Positions 51,580-63,745 of a stretch of DNA of 64,000 bases are shown in pieces; the first letter of the stretch is position 1; each line of letters starts with the position of its first letter. Under the pieces are notes generated by a model. That model ran no database searches. It was not told where the DNA came from and worked only from the letters and a program-made list of their open reading frames with translations. The stretch covers positions 3,286,001 through 3,350,000 of the forward strand of contig OZ176051.1 in assembly GCA_964247055.1 (NCBI GenBank), in the 5' to 3' direction. This DNA comes from Paragordius varius. Its lineage: Eukaryota; Animalia; Nematomorpha. Both the position numbers and the translations under genes were made by a program.

Positions 51580-54461
51580 ATTATCCAGAAAATTGGCTTA
51601 AGAACATCATTTTTACTTAGGGTAGGGTGATAAAAAAGTCGCGCTTGACTCGTAAGTTTATCGTTATTTGAGCAAGTATACTTAAGCCAGAAAATGTACA
51701 CTTGAAGATCGTGCTGAAAAACACTTAAGTCATGTCTTTTCGAATGTAATATTTTTTGCCACCCAATTCGAATCATACAAAAAAAGTTTTGATCCTTTTC
51801 AGCCAAAATTTATGAAATTAGGCACAAAAAGATAAACAATCAATACAATATGTTTTTATTAAAGTTTTTCAAACTCACTGGGCACGTTTTTTTTGATATT
51901 ATAGATTTTTTTAAGTATTGAGGGTAACTAAAATTTTTAAGTGGATGAAACCATTCGTCCTAAAACACTCCATAATTTTACCATACAACTTATTTTGTGA
52001 AGTCCAGTTGCAATTAAAATGGGAAGATCTTTATGCAATATAACATATTACTATTTGTTTAAATATTTATTAACATTATATTTGAAATAAATTTATGATG
52101 AAACAAACTCTTTACATTTTGTGGTGAAGTAACCTTTATTTATTATTTTATGTAAAACGAAGATTTGAAAATTTAAATAAGAATAATATTTTATTATTTA
52201 TTTTAAGATGTTTTTGAGAATCAAATTTTTTGCCGGTTCATGAGGAATCGGTAAATGTAGCATATTTTATATGCATTGTTCTTAAATATTGGCAGAGTTT
52301 TCTAAAAATTTATATCCCCTTGTATCCACCCAATTTAAATAGGTTATTAATTAGCCAAACATTATTAAATAAACAGTTTATGGCATTAACAAAGGTTTTA
52401 ATTACATATAAAGCCCAAAATAATTTTATCTATATTTTTAAATCTGTCAAGTATTCCATACACCACACTTGCAAAATCTTCAAGTTTTACTTGATCATAT
52501 GATTTTTTATCACCTCTGAATCGTTGCGGGACTTAAGTCCTCTAATGTAAATTTTTATTATCACATGAAAGATAGGCATAACTTGAAAAACTTGCAAATC
52601 AAGCCAAAAAAATTTTTATCGCGTAAAATTTTGTATTCTAAATATCTAGCTATCTGAGGAGATATTTAGAGGCGCAGGCGGCTCGCGGGAATAGACATGC
52701 TTTATAAAAAATGCTGACGTTGTTATTATTGTTAAACATCCTCCAATTATACATATAATTTATAATTTCTTAAAGTATTATTACTATTTTATGCTTTAAA
52801 AATCGATTCGATTCACTTATCAAAACTTTTTTTGATATAAAAATTAGCATATGTTTTAAAATTTTATCGCACAATCGGCTCTATTATAACTTACCTATAA
52901 GGGTCAAAAAATTTGACATTTTTAGAGCCCACATCTAAATTAAAATTTAAAAATTATTGTTTGCTTTTAAAATGTAATTAAACGATATATTTTTGAATAA
53001 AGATTTAGCAATCACCTAAAAAATGAATTTAAAAATATATGCGCAATTTTTGTCATTTTGTGTTATAGAACAGTCAATAGTGTAAAATCACTCGTAAGAG
53101 ACAAAACCAACCATGTTAATTCAGATACATTTATCTATCAGAAATTTGCAAATTGATTTTTAATTTTGCTTGAAGATTTTTATCACAACAAAATTTTGAA
53201 TGATATTTGTTCCCCAAATTTTATTTTGAAGTGAGAAAAAATTTAGTTAATGACTTTACAAAAACGAATATTTTGACGGTAAAAGAAGGGGTGATAAAAA
53301 AATTTTTTTGACTTGGTTTGCAAGTTTTTCAAGTCATGGCTTGCTTTCATGTGATAAAAAAATTTAAGGTTAGACGACTGTGTGACTCGAGAAGCAGTAA
53401 AACAATAAGCTTTATTGAGATAAATTACAAAAACTAAACTATATAAAATTTGCGATGTTTATATACTTTTTGCGACATGTTAAGCCAAGGTAAAATAACG
53501 TGTCCAGATTAAATACAATAGTGATACAATAGTTTAATTAAAATACTAGATGTCATCAAAAAATGTATTCTAACGTTAGCTAATTGATGTATTCAAATCT
53601 ATCAACGACTTAAGTCAAGCAAGAAAACTTGATTCGGAAGTGATAAAAAATCATATGATCCAGTAAAACTTGAAGATTTTGCAAGTGTGATGTATGAAAC
53701 ACTTGACAGATTTAAAAATATAGATAATTTTGGGCTTTATATGTAATTAAAACCCTTGTAAATGCTATAAACTGTTTATTTAATAATGTTTGGCTAATTA
53801 ATAACCTATTCAAATTGGGTGGATAAAAGGGGATATAAATTTTTAGAAAACTCTGTCAATATTTAAAAACAATGCATATAAAATATGGTAAATTTACCGA
53901 TTCCGTGAACCCGCATAAAAAATTGATTCCCGAAAATATCTTAAACAAATAATTAAATATTAATCGTGTTTAAAATTTTCAAATCTTTGTTTTACATAAA
54001 ATATTAAAAAAGTTTACTTCACCATTACATGTAAAGAGTTTATTTCATCATAAATTTATATCATAAATGTTGATTAATTAAAAATAATAATATGTTATAT
54101 TGTATAAACATATTCCCATCATAATTGCAAATTCTAAAAAAATGAGTTGTGTGGTAAAATAATGGAGAGTGGTTTAAGGACTAATAGTTTCATTCAAAAT
54201 TTTAGTTTTTGGGCTCAATAATTAGGAACATCTATAATAAAATTATATAAGATACATGCCATTGAGTTTGAAAAACTTCAATAAGTGCATATTATATTGA
54301 AGGTTTTCTTTTTATTTTCTAAATTTTGGCTGAAATAAAATTCGAATCGGGTGGCAAAAAAATGTTACATTTAAAAGCAAAAGACTTGACAAGTGTTTTA
54401 CACCGAGATCCAAGTGTCACTTGCTGGGTTGAGTAGACTTGCTCAACTTTTATCCCCACCC
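51580..54461. mobile_element. Family C element, 2.9-kb foldback form with arms of about 1 kb and a family A fragment in the spacer
   Basis: 51580-52625 pairs with 53290-54461; 52850-53140 is a family A right-arm fragment. Confidence 0.8.
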
Positions 54462-55297
54462 ATTTTATTTTTACGTTATTTTGCGACAATTTCTACATTA
54501 TAAATGTTTTTAAATTTGTTAGTTGTAAGCGCATAAAATTACTAAAGATAATATTCTGGATTGCTTTTTATATGTATGCCACGATGTACCCAAACTCAAG
54601 CCATGCAAGACCCGACTCTGACGAAACGACTTGCCAATCATTGTGGGACAATGACATACTGGGAGGCAATGTTGGGGTTGCTGATATTTGAGCAGGGCTG
54701 GTTACAAATCTCTGTCTCATTTGGCCGAAGTTGTCAGCATGGTCAACGACTATTCATCCCGGGTTAGCGTCTCTGTTGAGTACAGCTGAAACATGCTCCG
54801 AAGGGGTAACGTTGACACTGTGATGTCTAATATCTCCAAAATTAGTCTGCCCTAAAAATACCACACTCCTTTAGAAGCACATGAAAACCCCCTTTTGAAG
54901 ATAAGATCTTAAAAAAACTCCACATTTGACTCGACATAGACCTTTGACATTTCTTTAAAGACTAAGGACCATAACGCTGTTTGTACGGTTATATAAAATC
55001 AATTTTGCTTTTAATGGTGAAATTAATATTTTTTAATATATATATATATATATATATATGGCTTGTTAACCAGTAACACAAACACACCTAACATAAAGGC
55101 TTAAATTTATGTATGTAAATAGTAACATCAAACCCAACCTTCAATGACTCTCCGCTCTGAAGCTTCATGCGTTTTGGGTAGGTAGGGTACTTTGACCGCA
55201 GACGCCCGACGATCTCCCGACGCTACACCCTCTACTTGTTCCTGTTTATTTGTCGAAGGTTTGGGACACATGTGTTCTATCATACAGACATTTAATC

Positions 55298-55993
55298 ATG
55301 GATGATTTTTTTATACTTCTGAGGAAAGACGTGCGTTTACTTATGAATGATTTTTTCAAGGAAATGAATATAAGGTTCGTAACTTTCTATCGCATATGGT
55401 GTGATTTAAAATTTTACAAGATTATTGAAAGCCGAACCAATCAAAAAGAAAAAGCTAACATTATTTTGGAATGTTTTACGATTGCTCGTGATTTTTTAAT
55501 TCAAACAAATTTGCAATCGCAAATAGGCGGATTATATTTTGCTTATTGTTGTTATAACACTCAAAACCAAGCTCCCTATCTCAAGCTTAGGATAACCTTG
55601 AATCACATTCAATTGCTTCGACCATTTATTGAAAAATTATTAGCCCAAAAACATTATGACACACTTTATATATTATATCAAATGATTTATCAACATGCTA
55701 TAGATTTTGTCTATCATGATACAGAAATACATTTTAAATGCCACAAAAAATATAAACCTGATAATATTCAAGCTTCTGTAGATTTCGCGAAAATAACCCA
55801 ATCCTTTGTCCCTCTAATAACAGAATTGCAAAATCTTCAAAGTATACATAAATCCCATTACAAAAATACAGTTGAAACTTTCAAACTTTTTCCAGGAACT
55901 TCATATATTCAATTATTTAATGAGAATTTTGTGACACAATGTTTGGATTTTATGCGTACTTCGTTAGTAGCGATTGATGAAGAGAAAGAATAA
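55298..55993 (+). CDS. SNAPC1: snRNA-activating protein complex subunit 1 (SNAP43), single exon
   Basis: DVRLLMNDF...IRFVTFYRIWCDLKF...QIGGLYFAYCCYNTQ...KLRITL...QKHYDTLYIL...AIDF aligns with the SNAP43 domain (VRFEDF..W..MKF...RVGALYLLYGLYNTQ...KIRVAL...QHFDAAYI). Confidence 0.9.
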   Translation: MDDFFILLRKDVRLLMNDFFKEMNIRFVTFYRIWCDLKFYKIIESRTNQKEKANIILECFTIARDFLIQTNLQSQIGGLYFAYCCYNTQNQAPYLKLRITLNHIQLLRPFIEKLLAQKHYDTLYILYQMIYQHAIDFVYHDTEIHFKCHKKYKPDNIQASVDFAKITQSFVPLITELQNLQSIHKSHYKNTVETFKLFPGTSYIQLFNENFVTQCLDFMRTSLVAIDEEKE

Positions 55994-57655
55994 ATTAATC
56001 TATAATTAAAATAAACGTCACATTATTTGCTATAATATTTTATACCAGGTCATTTTTATGTTATTGACTTTTGTTATCATTATTACATTTTTTTCAAGAA
56101 AATTTTTATAAATTTTCACTCTAATTGATGATGGCTGTCCACAGTGCGAAAAGTTGGTAAGTTAGTACTTTCTGTTCAGGCTTACAAGTCATTTAAGAAT
56201 ATTTAATTATCGTAAAACTATCGTACATTAAGCTAAATAAAATTATTTTGGTGATGTTTTATTCCGGAAAAATATCATTGAAATACATCCTAAACTACAT
56301 ATAAAGTCAAATCAATGTTTATATTAAATTTTATATGGATGTGAATTCGAACGTTTTGAATTTTTGACTTCCTTTTAAATAGGTCATTTTGTAAACGCAA
56401 AATCCCGAGATACGATCATAATTAATATATGCTTGCATTATTAATTTAAACATGCTGAAACATTGCAAAATGTTTAACATATTATTGCTGTAAAATTTTA
56501 TCACCCCAGATTTTTTATAAGATTAACCCGTCAAATTTAAATCTTTAAATTTAAAATACAATATTTTGATTAGTATCCTTTAATAGAAATTTTTAACATC
56601 ATATTTATATGGCAAAGTGTTTTTTATTAGGGCACAAGGGAAAAGTTTTTCTTTAATGGTAGTCCAAAACCAAAATCATCACGAGAATCTGATGCATCAG
56701 AATATATATTTGATACGGTTGTGAAATTTGTGTATATTTATGAAGTTTAAGAATCGATTTAATGCACTTTAATAATGGATGTTATTTCTTTATAAATGCG
56801 GCAAGCGAAGAGCCATTTTTTTACTAAACTCATCTACATTTCAAAAATGTTAAATTTTGGCCTTGAAGATAACATTTTTTGTGTGACCTACAAATATTAA
56901 AAAATAATAAAATTATGGTATTATTGTTTTTGGACTCATGATTGCTAAAAATGCCCTCCCCATTGACAGTTTTATCTAAAAAACTGAGATCCTAAACCTA
57001 AACAGTCGGAAAAATTCATGATCAAGTTGATCTAATTAGTATGAAACAGCTGTGTATTTAAATAGGTTCATATAGGATAGTGGAACTACTGTGTTCACGT
57101 TTAATGTCGAATCAACTGAATTCGTTAGATCCCCACAACCATAAAAAACGGAGTTAATTCACAACTTTTTACGTTAAAAAACTGAAGAACTACGGTCATC
57201 CATTGCATAACCAGCAAAAAGCCTAAAAAAGAAACATTCAGCATCAACAGGTCTATAAAAAGATAGATATATAATTATTTATCGCTGAAAATACATTTGT
57301 TTTTAAAAAAGCATGTTAAACATGTTTTCAATATTTACCATTTTACTAAAAATAATATTACTTTATTATAAATATAATATTGATCCAGTTTATTAGCAAA
57401 AAATAGAATTATCTACATAATCATATATTAACACATACAATCTAGTTAAAGAAATATCACGGTGCAAATACAATATTTTTAATTAAGATATAAAAAAAAA
57501 TACAAAATAAGTAAAGTTAGAATGACACATCTTTAAGGAATAAGAATAGAATGTGTTGGTGTTCGTTTATCCAAGTATGGCCCAAAAGTGGTAAAAATAA
57601 TTTGTGAAAATGGGTGCTTTTTAACCGCAACTATAACCGTGTCGATATTACTTAA

Positions 57656-60628
57656 TTAATAACGCGCCGCTGTTCCATAAGTGGAGTCACCTGAGGAGGT
57701 GGCAGCCATCCCTGTAGCAATGTTCCAACCAGCTTGTCTAACTGAAGGATTGCTCATAAATCCAGTTGCAAACTCTTGTTGAGCTTTGGCAAAACTTGCG
57801 CCCGTAGATCGATACATTCTATGGACCTATGTCATATATTGAAATCAAAAAGAGAAAACAATATAAAAAACATTAAGAAAGATATTTTATCAAAAAAATA
57901 ACCTTATACTTTTTCAACCTTGGTTCGATTGGTAAACTTAAAATTAAAATGAAAATTGGTAACAGACCCAATTATTGTAATACAATTGTCATCATTTAGC
58001 TTGCATAAAAAATCAAGGTTTGAAAAAGTATGGCCATCTTTATTACAAAATTTTATTCTTTCAGTTTTGTTTTATCTTTAAAATTTTAATTTTACTATAA
58101 CTAATAAGTATTTTGATCATGGCAGTGCATAAACCCTCAACATTGAAGTTTTACCATGATCTTTTGAAATAAATGGTGCCAATTTAAAGTACCATTTTTT
58201 TATTCACGACATATTTTTAAATCAAACATTTTCATTCGAATGCAATGTTCGTCATTTATTAACAAAATTTTATCGTCTGTAAGTCAAATTTTATCAATAA
58301 AGGAACTGTTGTTTTGTGCTAGAACGATATTTATTGGGCAGACAGGGGTGTTAAAGAATTTTTAGGTATTTTGCCAATCATTGCTTATTATTTTAATAAA
58401 AGCTAAGCTTACTTTGAGCAAAAGAAGAAAGCCCATGGTAGCTAAGGTGGTGAATCCAATTGCAACTATAAACATAAAAAAGGCGGCGGGTTTATTCATT
58501 CTCATGTGACCCAAAGCATTGACCCATCCACTAATATCGATTAATAAATTAATTTTGTTTATTTATCATTCATTCCAGTTTAAAGATTTGTGAAATAGAT
58601 AGTTATTAAAACTAAATTATGGCACATATCAAGGGGAAAAACGTTTTAAAAAGACAATAAATAATACCATGTCCCGAAATTGTCGATTCCAATAGCTTGA
58701 ATAACGTTGATGCAAAATTGACAAAAAAACACAAAGAAAAACAGGAAAAAGTTGAAAGAACTGTCGCTTCTATAAATATATCAAGTAATTAAAATGTTCA
58801 AATTATTTGATTGTTAAAAAGGTTACAGAGATAAATAAATAATTATCTTAAACCTAAAAGCCTTGTAAGCCGGTCTAAACCAACATAAAAAGGAACACGG
58901 CGTAAACATTATGAGCCAAAGGATCGAAAGTCCAAACAGTGTAACACTTCCCCCCGTAATGAAAGCAGTAAAACTGGCCAACATATTAAGGACTATGGTG
59001 AGAACGTATCCTAAAACAAAAGTATAAAATTCATGATAAAATTAAATGGTTTTTATTGGTTTTAATGAAATGTAAAATATTGTATTTAATGACTTTCAAG
59101 CAAAATTAAATACAATGAATGTATCAATTTTATTTCTTTAGCTAAAATAGCAGGAAATAAATCAGGAACGGATTTGTAAAACCAAAATCATTAAGTTTTT
59201 TTTAACAATCTTTTAAAAACCAAAGAAAAGACTAAAGCCGGAACGGCAATTTCTATCGATTTTATTAAATTTAATTTCAATGTTTAAGATATCCTTGTTT
59301 ATTAATATCTTGTCTATTTGTTTTAATCATAAAGCATATTATTAAAAATATACCACGGTTCTGACCGTTTTTGAACCCGAATACGGGCTGCAAAAGATAA
59401 TTGTTTCAATTTAAATTTTTCCAATGTTAAACTTTGTTATTAGTTTTCTATTTGTTAAAACCATAAAAGTATAATTGAAATTGAAAATGTATTAAAACTT
59501 GGGTAAACAAAAAAATAATTTGACCTAAAAACCAAAACTCGAGACAAAATATTCGGTTCCGATCCCAGTTATACTATTTCATAAACTATAGTTTACTAAA
59601 ATATAATGTTTCATAATATAAAAACATATTTGACTAGTATGGTAATTGACGATACTGCGCATCTATTAAAATTTTAGACGACAAAAATTTTTTTTAGTGG
59701 GCAAATTGGTTTATGATGTTGTTAATTATCATATTTTTAAATTATTCATATTTCAGAATAAATTTTCATGAGATAATTTATACCAAAAAACAGTTTATAA
59801 TAAATAAAATTTAACTTTGTATTCCAATAAACACAAAAGAGAAGTTTGATTTAAAAAAAATAAATTTTTAGCATTTTTTCCAAATATAACATGGAGAATT
59901 TTACCTATTCCATACTTATATATGAAAAATATGTATGCATATTTTTTATAATTTAAATTAATGATTAAGATACTACTCAGATATTGTATAAAATCAAAAT
60001 GAAAAGATACAAATCTACCAAAAACATTGGATATTTATATTTAATAAGAAAAAACTTACCAAGCCAAACGTAATATAAAGTTCGCACAATTTTTTGAAAT
60101 TCAAGAGGAATTTCTACTTCTATATCTTGATAAAAACATGGTTGTAATGGCACAAACTTTGGTAAAGGTGGCCAATTGTTTTGACGTCCTACAATAATTA
60201 AAATTATACCAGTAATGCCTTGTTGCCGTAATTCCCTTTCTTTTCTTTCTAGTTCTGCAGCTTTTTTCTCAAGTTCCTATATTTTTTATCACTATAATAT
60301 TATACCTCCTGTCTTTTTTGGAGCTCTTTTTGTGTTTGTATCATTTTTTGTTGTGTTTGATCATTAGATATTACATCATTTTTAATATATCCAGATACTT
60401 GTGGATTAACTATGTAAAATAATTAAAATACTTGGTTGGGTTGGCATATTAATTATCGTATTCTAAATTGATTAATAATATACTTGGCTTTCGAATGGAT
60501 TAACAAAAGATATAGAATCCAATGATTGCGACGGTTGGGCTGTTTCATTTGGCTTGGGATCCTAAAATAATTTATCAATTATAAACTGCAAAAGGATTTA
60601 AATCCGAATCATCGTTTAAGCTAGACAT
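57656..60628 (-). CDS. SCAMP: Secretory carrier-associated membrane protein
   Basis: Exons 60587-60628, 60484-60561, 60432-60462, 60306-60409, 60210-60276, 60060-60188, 58854-59010, 58668-58769, 58413-58530, 57656-57826. NPF repeats, [15 protein letters not shown] coil, [47 protein letters not shown]. Confidence 0.95.
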
Positions 60629-60764
60629 TTTACAGTGGCTTAAATCGATATGACATGAATTTTTGTTCAAAAAGGTTTAGCCCTATGATTAAATAATTTC
60701 TTTTTCAAATATGGAAAAGTATCAAATGAGGTAATTGGATAGTTTAAATATTAACCAATAATTA

Positions 60765-60902
60765 CTGTAGAATAACCAATGCAAAACAAAAATTTAAGAC
60801 AAAATGTTAACCATGTCTTTATAAATCCACCCCTATTTAACTGCTGTAGAATAACCGATGCAAAATAATTTAAGACAAAATGTTAACCATATCTTTATAA
60901 AT
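60765..60902. repeat. Two-copy direct repeat (about 60 bp, period 79) between SCAMP and Argonaute starts
   Basis: CTGTAGAATAACC(A/G)ATGCAAAA...TTTAAGACAAAATGTTAACCAT(G/A)TCTTTATAAAT at 60765-60826 and 60844-60902. Confidence 0.9.
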
Positions 60903-61181
60903 ATTTAATTTATATATCATAATAATAGAAATCCTTTTGATCAAAATTTATTTTTATAGGTCAATAAAGGCAAAAATCATATTTATAATTTATGTTTATA
61001 TATTTTATATATTTAAAACAACTGCTGGTCTTGTTTGTATTGATGTCATTTGTTTTAATGTACAAATTCCCACTCTAGTAGACAATGCAAAAATATTTGC
61101 CCATAGGTTTTTAAATTACTTAATATTAAATGCTATATTCCCTATATATATTTTTTCCTTAAATTATTGTTTTTTTTCTAG

Positions 61182-63745
61182 GGCTTGGAGGTCCCCCTCA
61201 TGGCAATGGCGCTCTTATAGGTCAAATGTTACCAACTTCAATGATGGGATCTGGACCTCCCCAATCATCTCATTTGGCATCCTCTCAACAAAGTTTGGTT
61301 CCAATAACACCTACCTCTCTTCTCTTAGGATCTCAAATTATGGTTATTTTACTATAAATTTCTAAATTAGCTCTATTTAAAATAATATTTGTTATAATGA
61401 CTTTTACTCTCCATATTTCTTTGTTTATAGTATATTTATTTTGATTGATAGACTGAATTTGTTTGCCCATTGCGACCGAATCACGGAATGGAAGGTCGTC
61501 CCATTTTGCTCAGAGCCAATCACTTCCAAGTCCGCATGCCTCGTGGAAACATTCAGCATTACGATGTCAGTATTCTCCCTGATAAATGTCCGAGACGCGT
61601 TAATAGGTTTTTTATCCTTTTTCTAGCTTTTTGTCGTTTAATTGAGTAATAAATCGTTAGACATAACCATACTGGTAAAACCTCTTATAACTATTTTTGA
61701 TGTATATTATTTGTTTTGATTTATATTTTCTTTACCATACATCTGTGAAAATGTAAAGGGAAATTATTCAAACTGCCGTTGGAAAATATTCCAAAATATT
61801 TAATGGACAAAAGCCTGTGTTTGATGGCAAGAAAAATTTATATACAAGAGATCCATTACCCATTGGCAGGGATAAGGTAATTTTAAAGAACAACTTTGGA
61901 TTTATTTTAAATTTTTAGATTAAAAGACATTGATAATTTATTTTTGCATTTAACGACTAGTATCTATTTTGCATTTTTTATAATAGAGTTTTGTTTAGCT
62001 TTTTTCATTATTTCAAAATTCATATTGTTACAGTTATCCTTTAAATATTATAAAAAAAATTTTAAAAATCATTTGTTAATATAAATACCAAACCATTCTT
62101 TTTAGATATACAGTCAAAACTTTTTTCTGTGGACTTTTTTTGTGAGTTGACCATTTTTTCAACTTTTTTGAGCAAATGTCACGTATTTTGATTGGTTATA
62201 TTTGAGATGAATTGCTGTTTTATTCGTACACAAATTATAGATTTAAATATTAATATATAATTTAATCCTATTTTTAGGATTATTTCTGAGTATCAATAAA
62301 TTAAGTTTATAATTTATTTATTGTCCATTCCAAATATATTTGAATCAAAAAAATACATGAAAATCAATTAAAAAATAGAACATTTTTGAAATTGTTAATA
62401 ATGTAGAAAGGGGGTTTGAGTGAAATTTTATATGCTTTATGGGCAATTGAAAATGTGCGATACTCAAATATTACCAATTACCTTAGAAAAAATACACAAT
62501 CAAAAAATTTTCTGTATACGTGAGCATAAATAGCATAATATGTTAATCAGTCGTTTTTTATCATTTGCGGAAGAATGGCTAAAGTATAGTACTCATGCAT
62601 TATTTTCACTGTTTTATTTTATATGGAAAAATTTTTTTGTGCCGATTTTTCTGCATTTCTCCACCGATCAATAAAAATTGACGAAATATATAAAAAATAT
62701 GACTTTTTTGTTAATTTGAGATTTGACTGGATTATTTTGCTGAATAACTTTTGTAGGTCGAACTGGAAGTGATATTACCAGGTGAAGGGAAAGATCGCGT
62801 GTTTAAAGTGGCTCTCAAATGGACAGCTCAGGTCAGTTTGTATGCGTTGGAGGAATGTTTGGAAGGTCGGACCCGTAATATTCCCCATGATGCTGTCCAA
62901 GCTTTAGATGTCGTTATGAGACATTTACCAAGGTCATTTTTTATATATCTCAATTTAACAAACTATCTTTAGTGATGTGAGTAAATATACATTGTTATTT
63001 TTTTATTAATTGTATTGCCAGTAGGCATAAATCAAAAGTCAATCATATTGCTTTTTGCCAAATTAATGAAAAACCAGCAAAATAAAATTACACTCTAAAT
63101 CAAATTTTTCTCTTTACTGTTTGTATTTAATAATTTATTGTGTTGTTTTGTGATTTTTTGCAACCACGAAATATTATTTGGTTACCAATGTTCCCTGATA
63201 TCAATTATTACATTTAACTTTTTTTGGTTCCAATATTGGATTTCATTAACTCTTTTTGTTTAACTTTCCTAATGTTAAGCCTTTTATATAAAAAGCCCCT
63301 TTAAACTAAATAGTTGATGCTAATCATAATGCCGATTTTTATAAGGCTCTAATTTTAAAGTTTTAATCGTTCAAAATTGAGGACAACCCTTATAATGAGC
63401 CATAAATAATATTAAACTTAAACTCAATAATATTGATTTTTATTTCAAATATTTGAAAATATAATGTGGACATATTTGGGGGATGGGTCAAAAACTTTAA
63501 TATTTATACAAATTAATCCTAGTTATAATTAAATTATGTTCACATTCATATATTATTACTTTGTCGATAAATCTTAACTTTTGCCTTTTTGTTTTTATGT
63601 AGTATGACTTACACACCGGTTGGGCGAAGTTTTTTCAGTTCTCCGGCTGATTATTACCATCCTTTGGGGGGAGGCCGTGAGGTTTGGTTTGGTTTCCATC
63701 AAAGTGTCCGTCCCTCACAATGGAAAATGATGCTTAATATTGATG
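61182..63745 (+). CDS. AGO: Argonaute, miRNA-class (AGO1/AGO2-like), 5' part; continues beyond window
   Basis: Exons 61182-61342, 61452-61606, 61759-61876, 62757-62932, 63603-63745: [84 protein letters not shown]. Start codon not located. Confidence 0.95.

Noticed and set aside
51074-52502. ORFs 51074, 51208, 51219, 51504, 52230 and similar short ORFs at 43, 13929, 14260, 14518, 17085, 24426, 29617, 39521
   Set aside because: All lie inside non-coding MITE/foldback sequence and show no transposase or other motifs.
60937-61365. 142-aa hydrophobic ORF upstream of Argonaute
   Set aside because: Non-ATG start in AT-rich DNA; its 3' part is a different frame of the first recognisable Argonaute exon.
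8722-63745. Alternative genetic code or stop read-through to explain broken ORFs
   Set aside because: All breaks in conserved genes are resolved by GT-AG introns; no stop aligns to a conserved residue.
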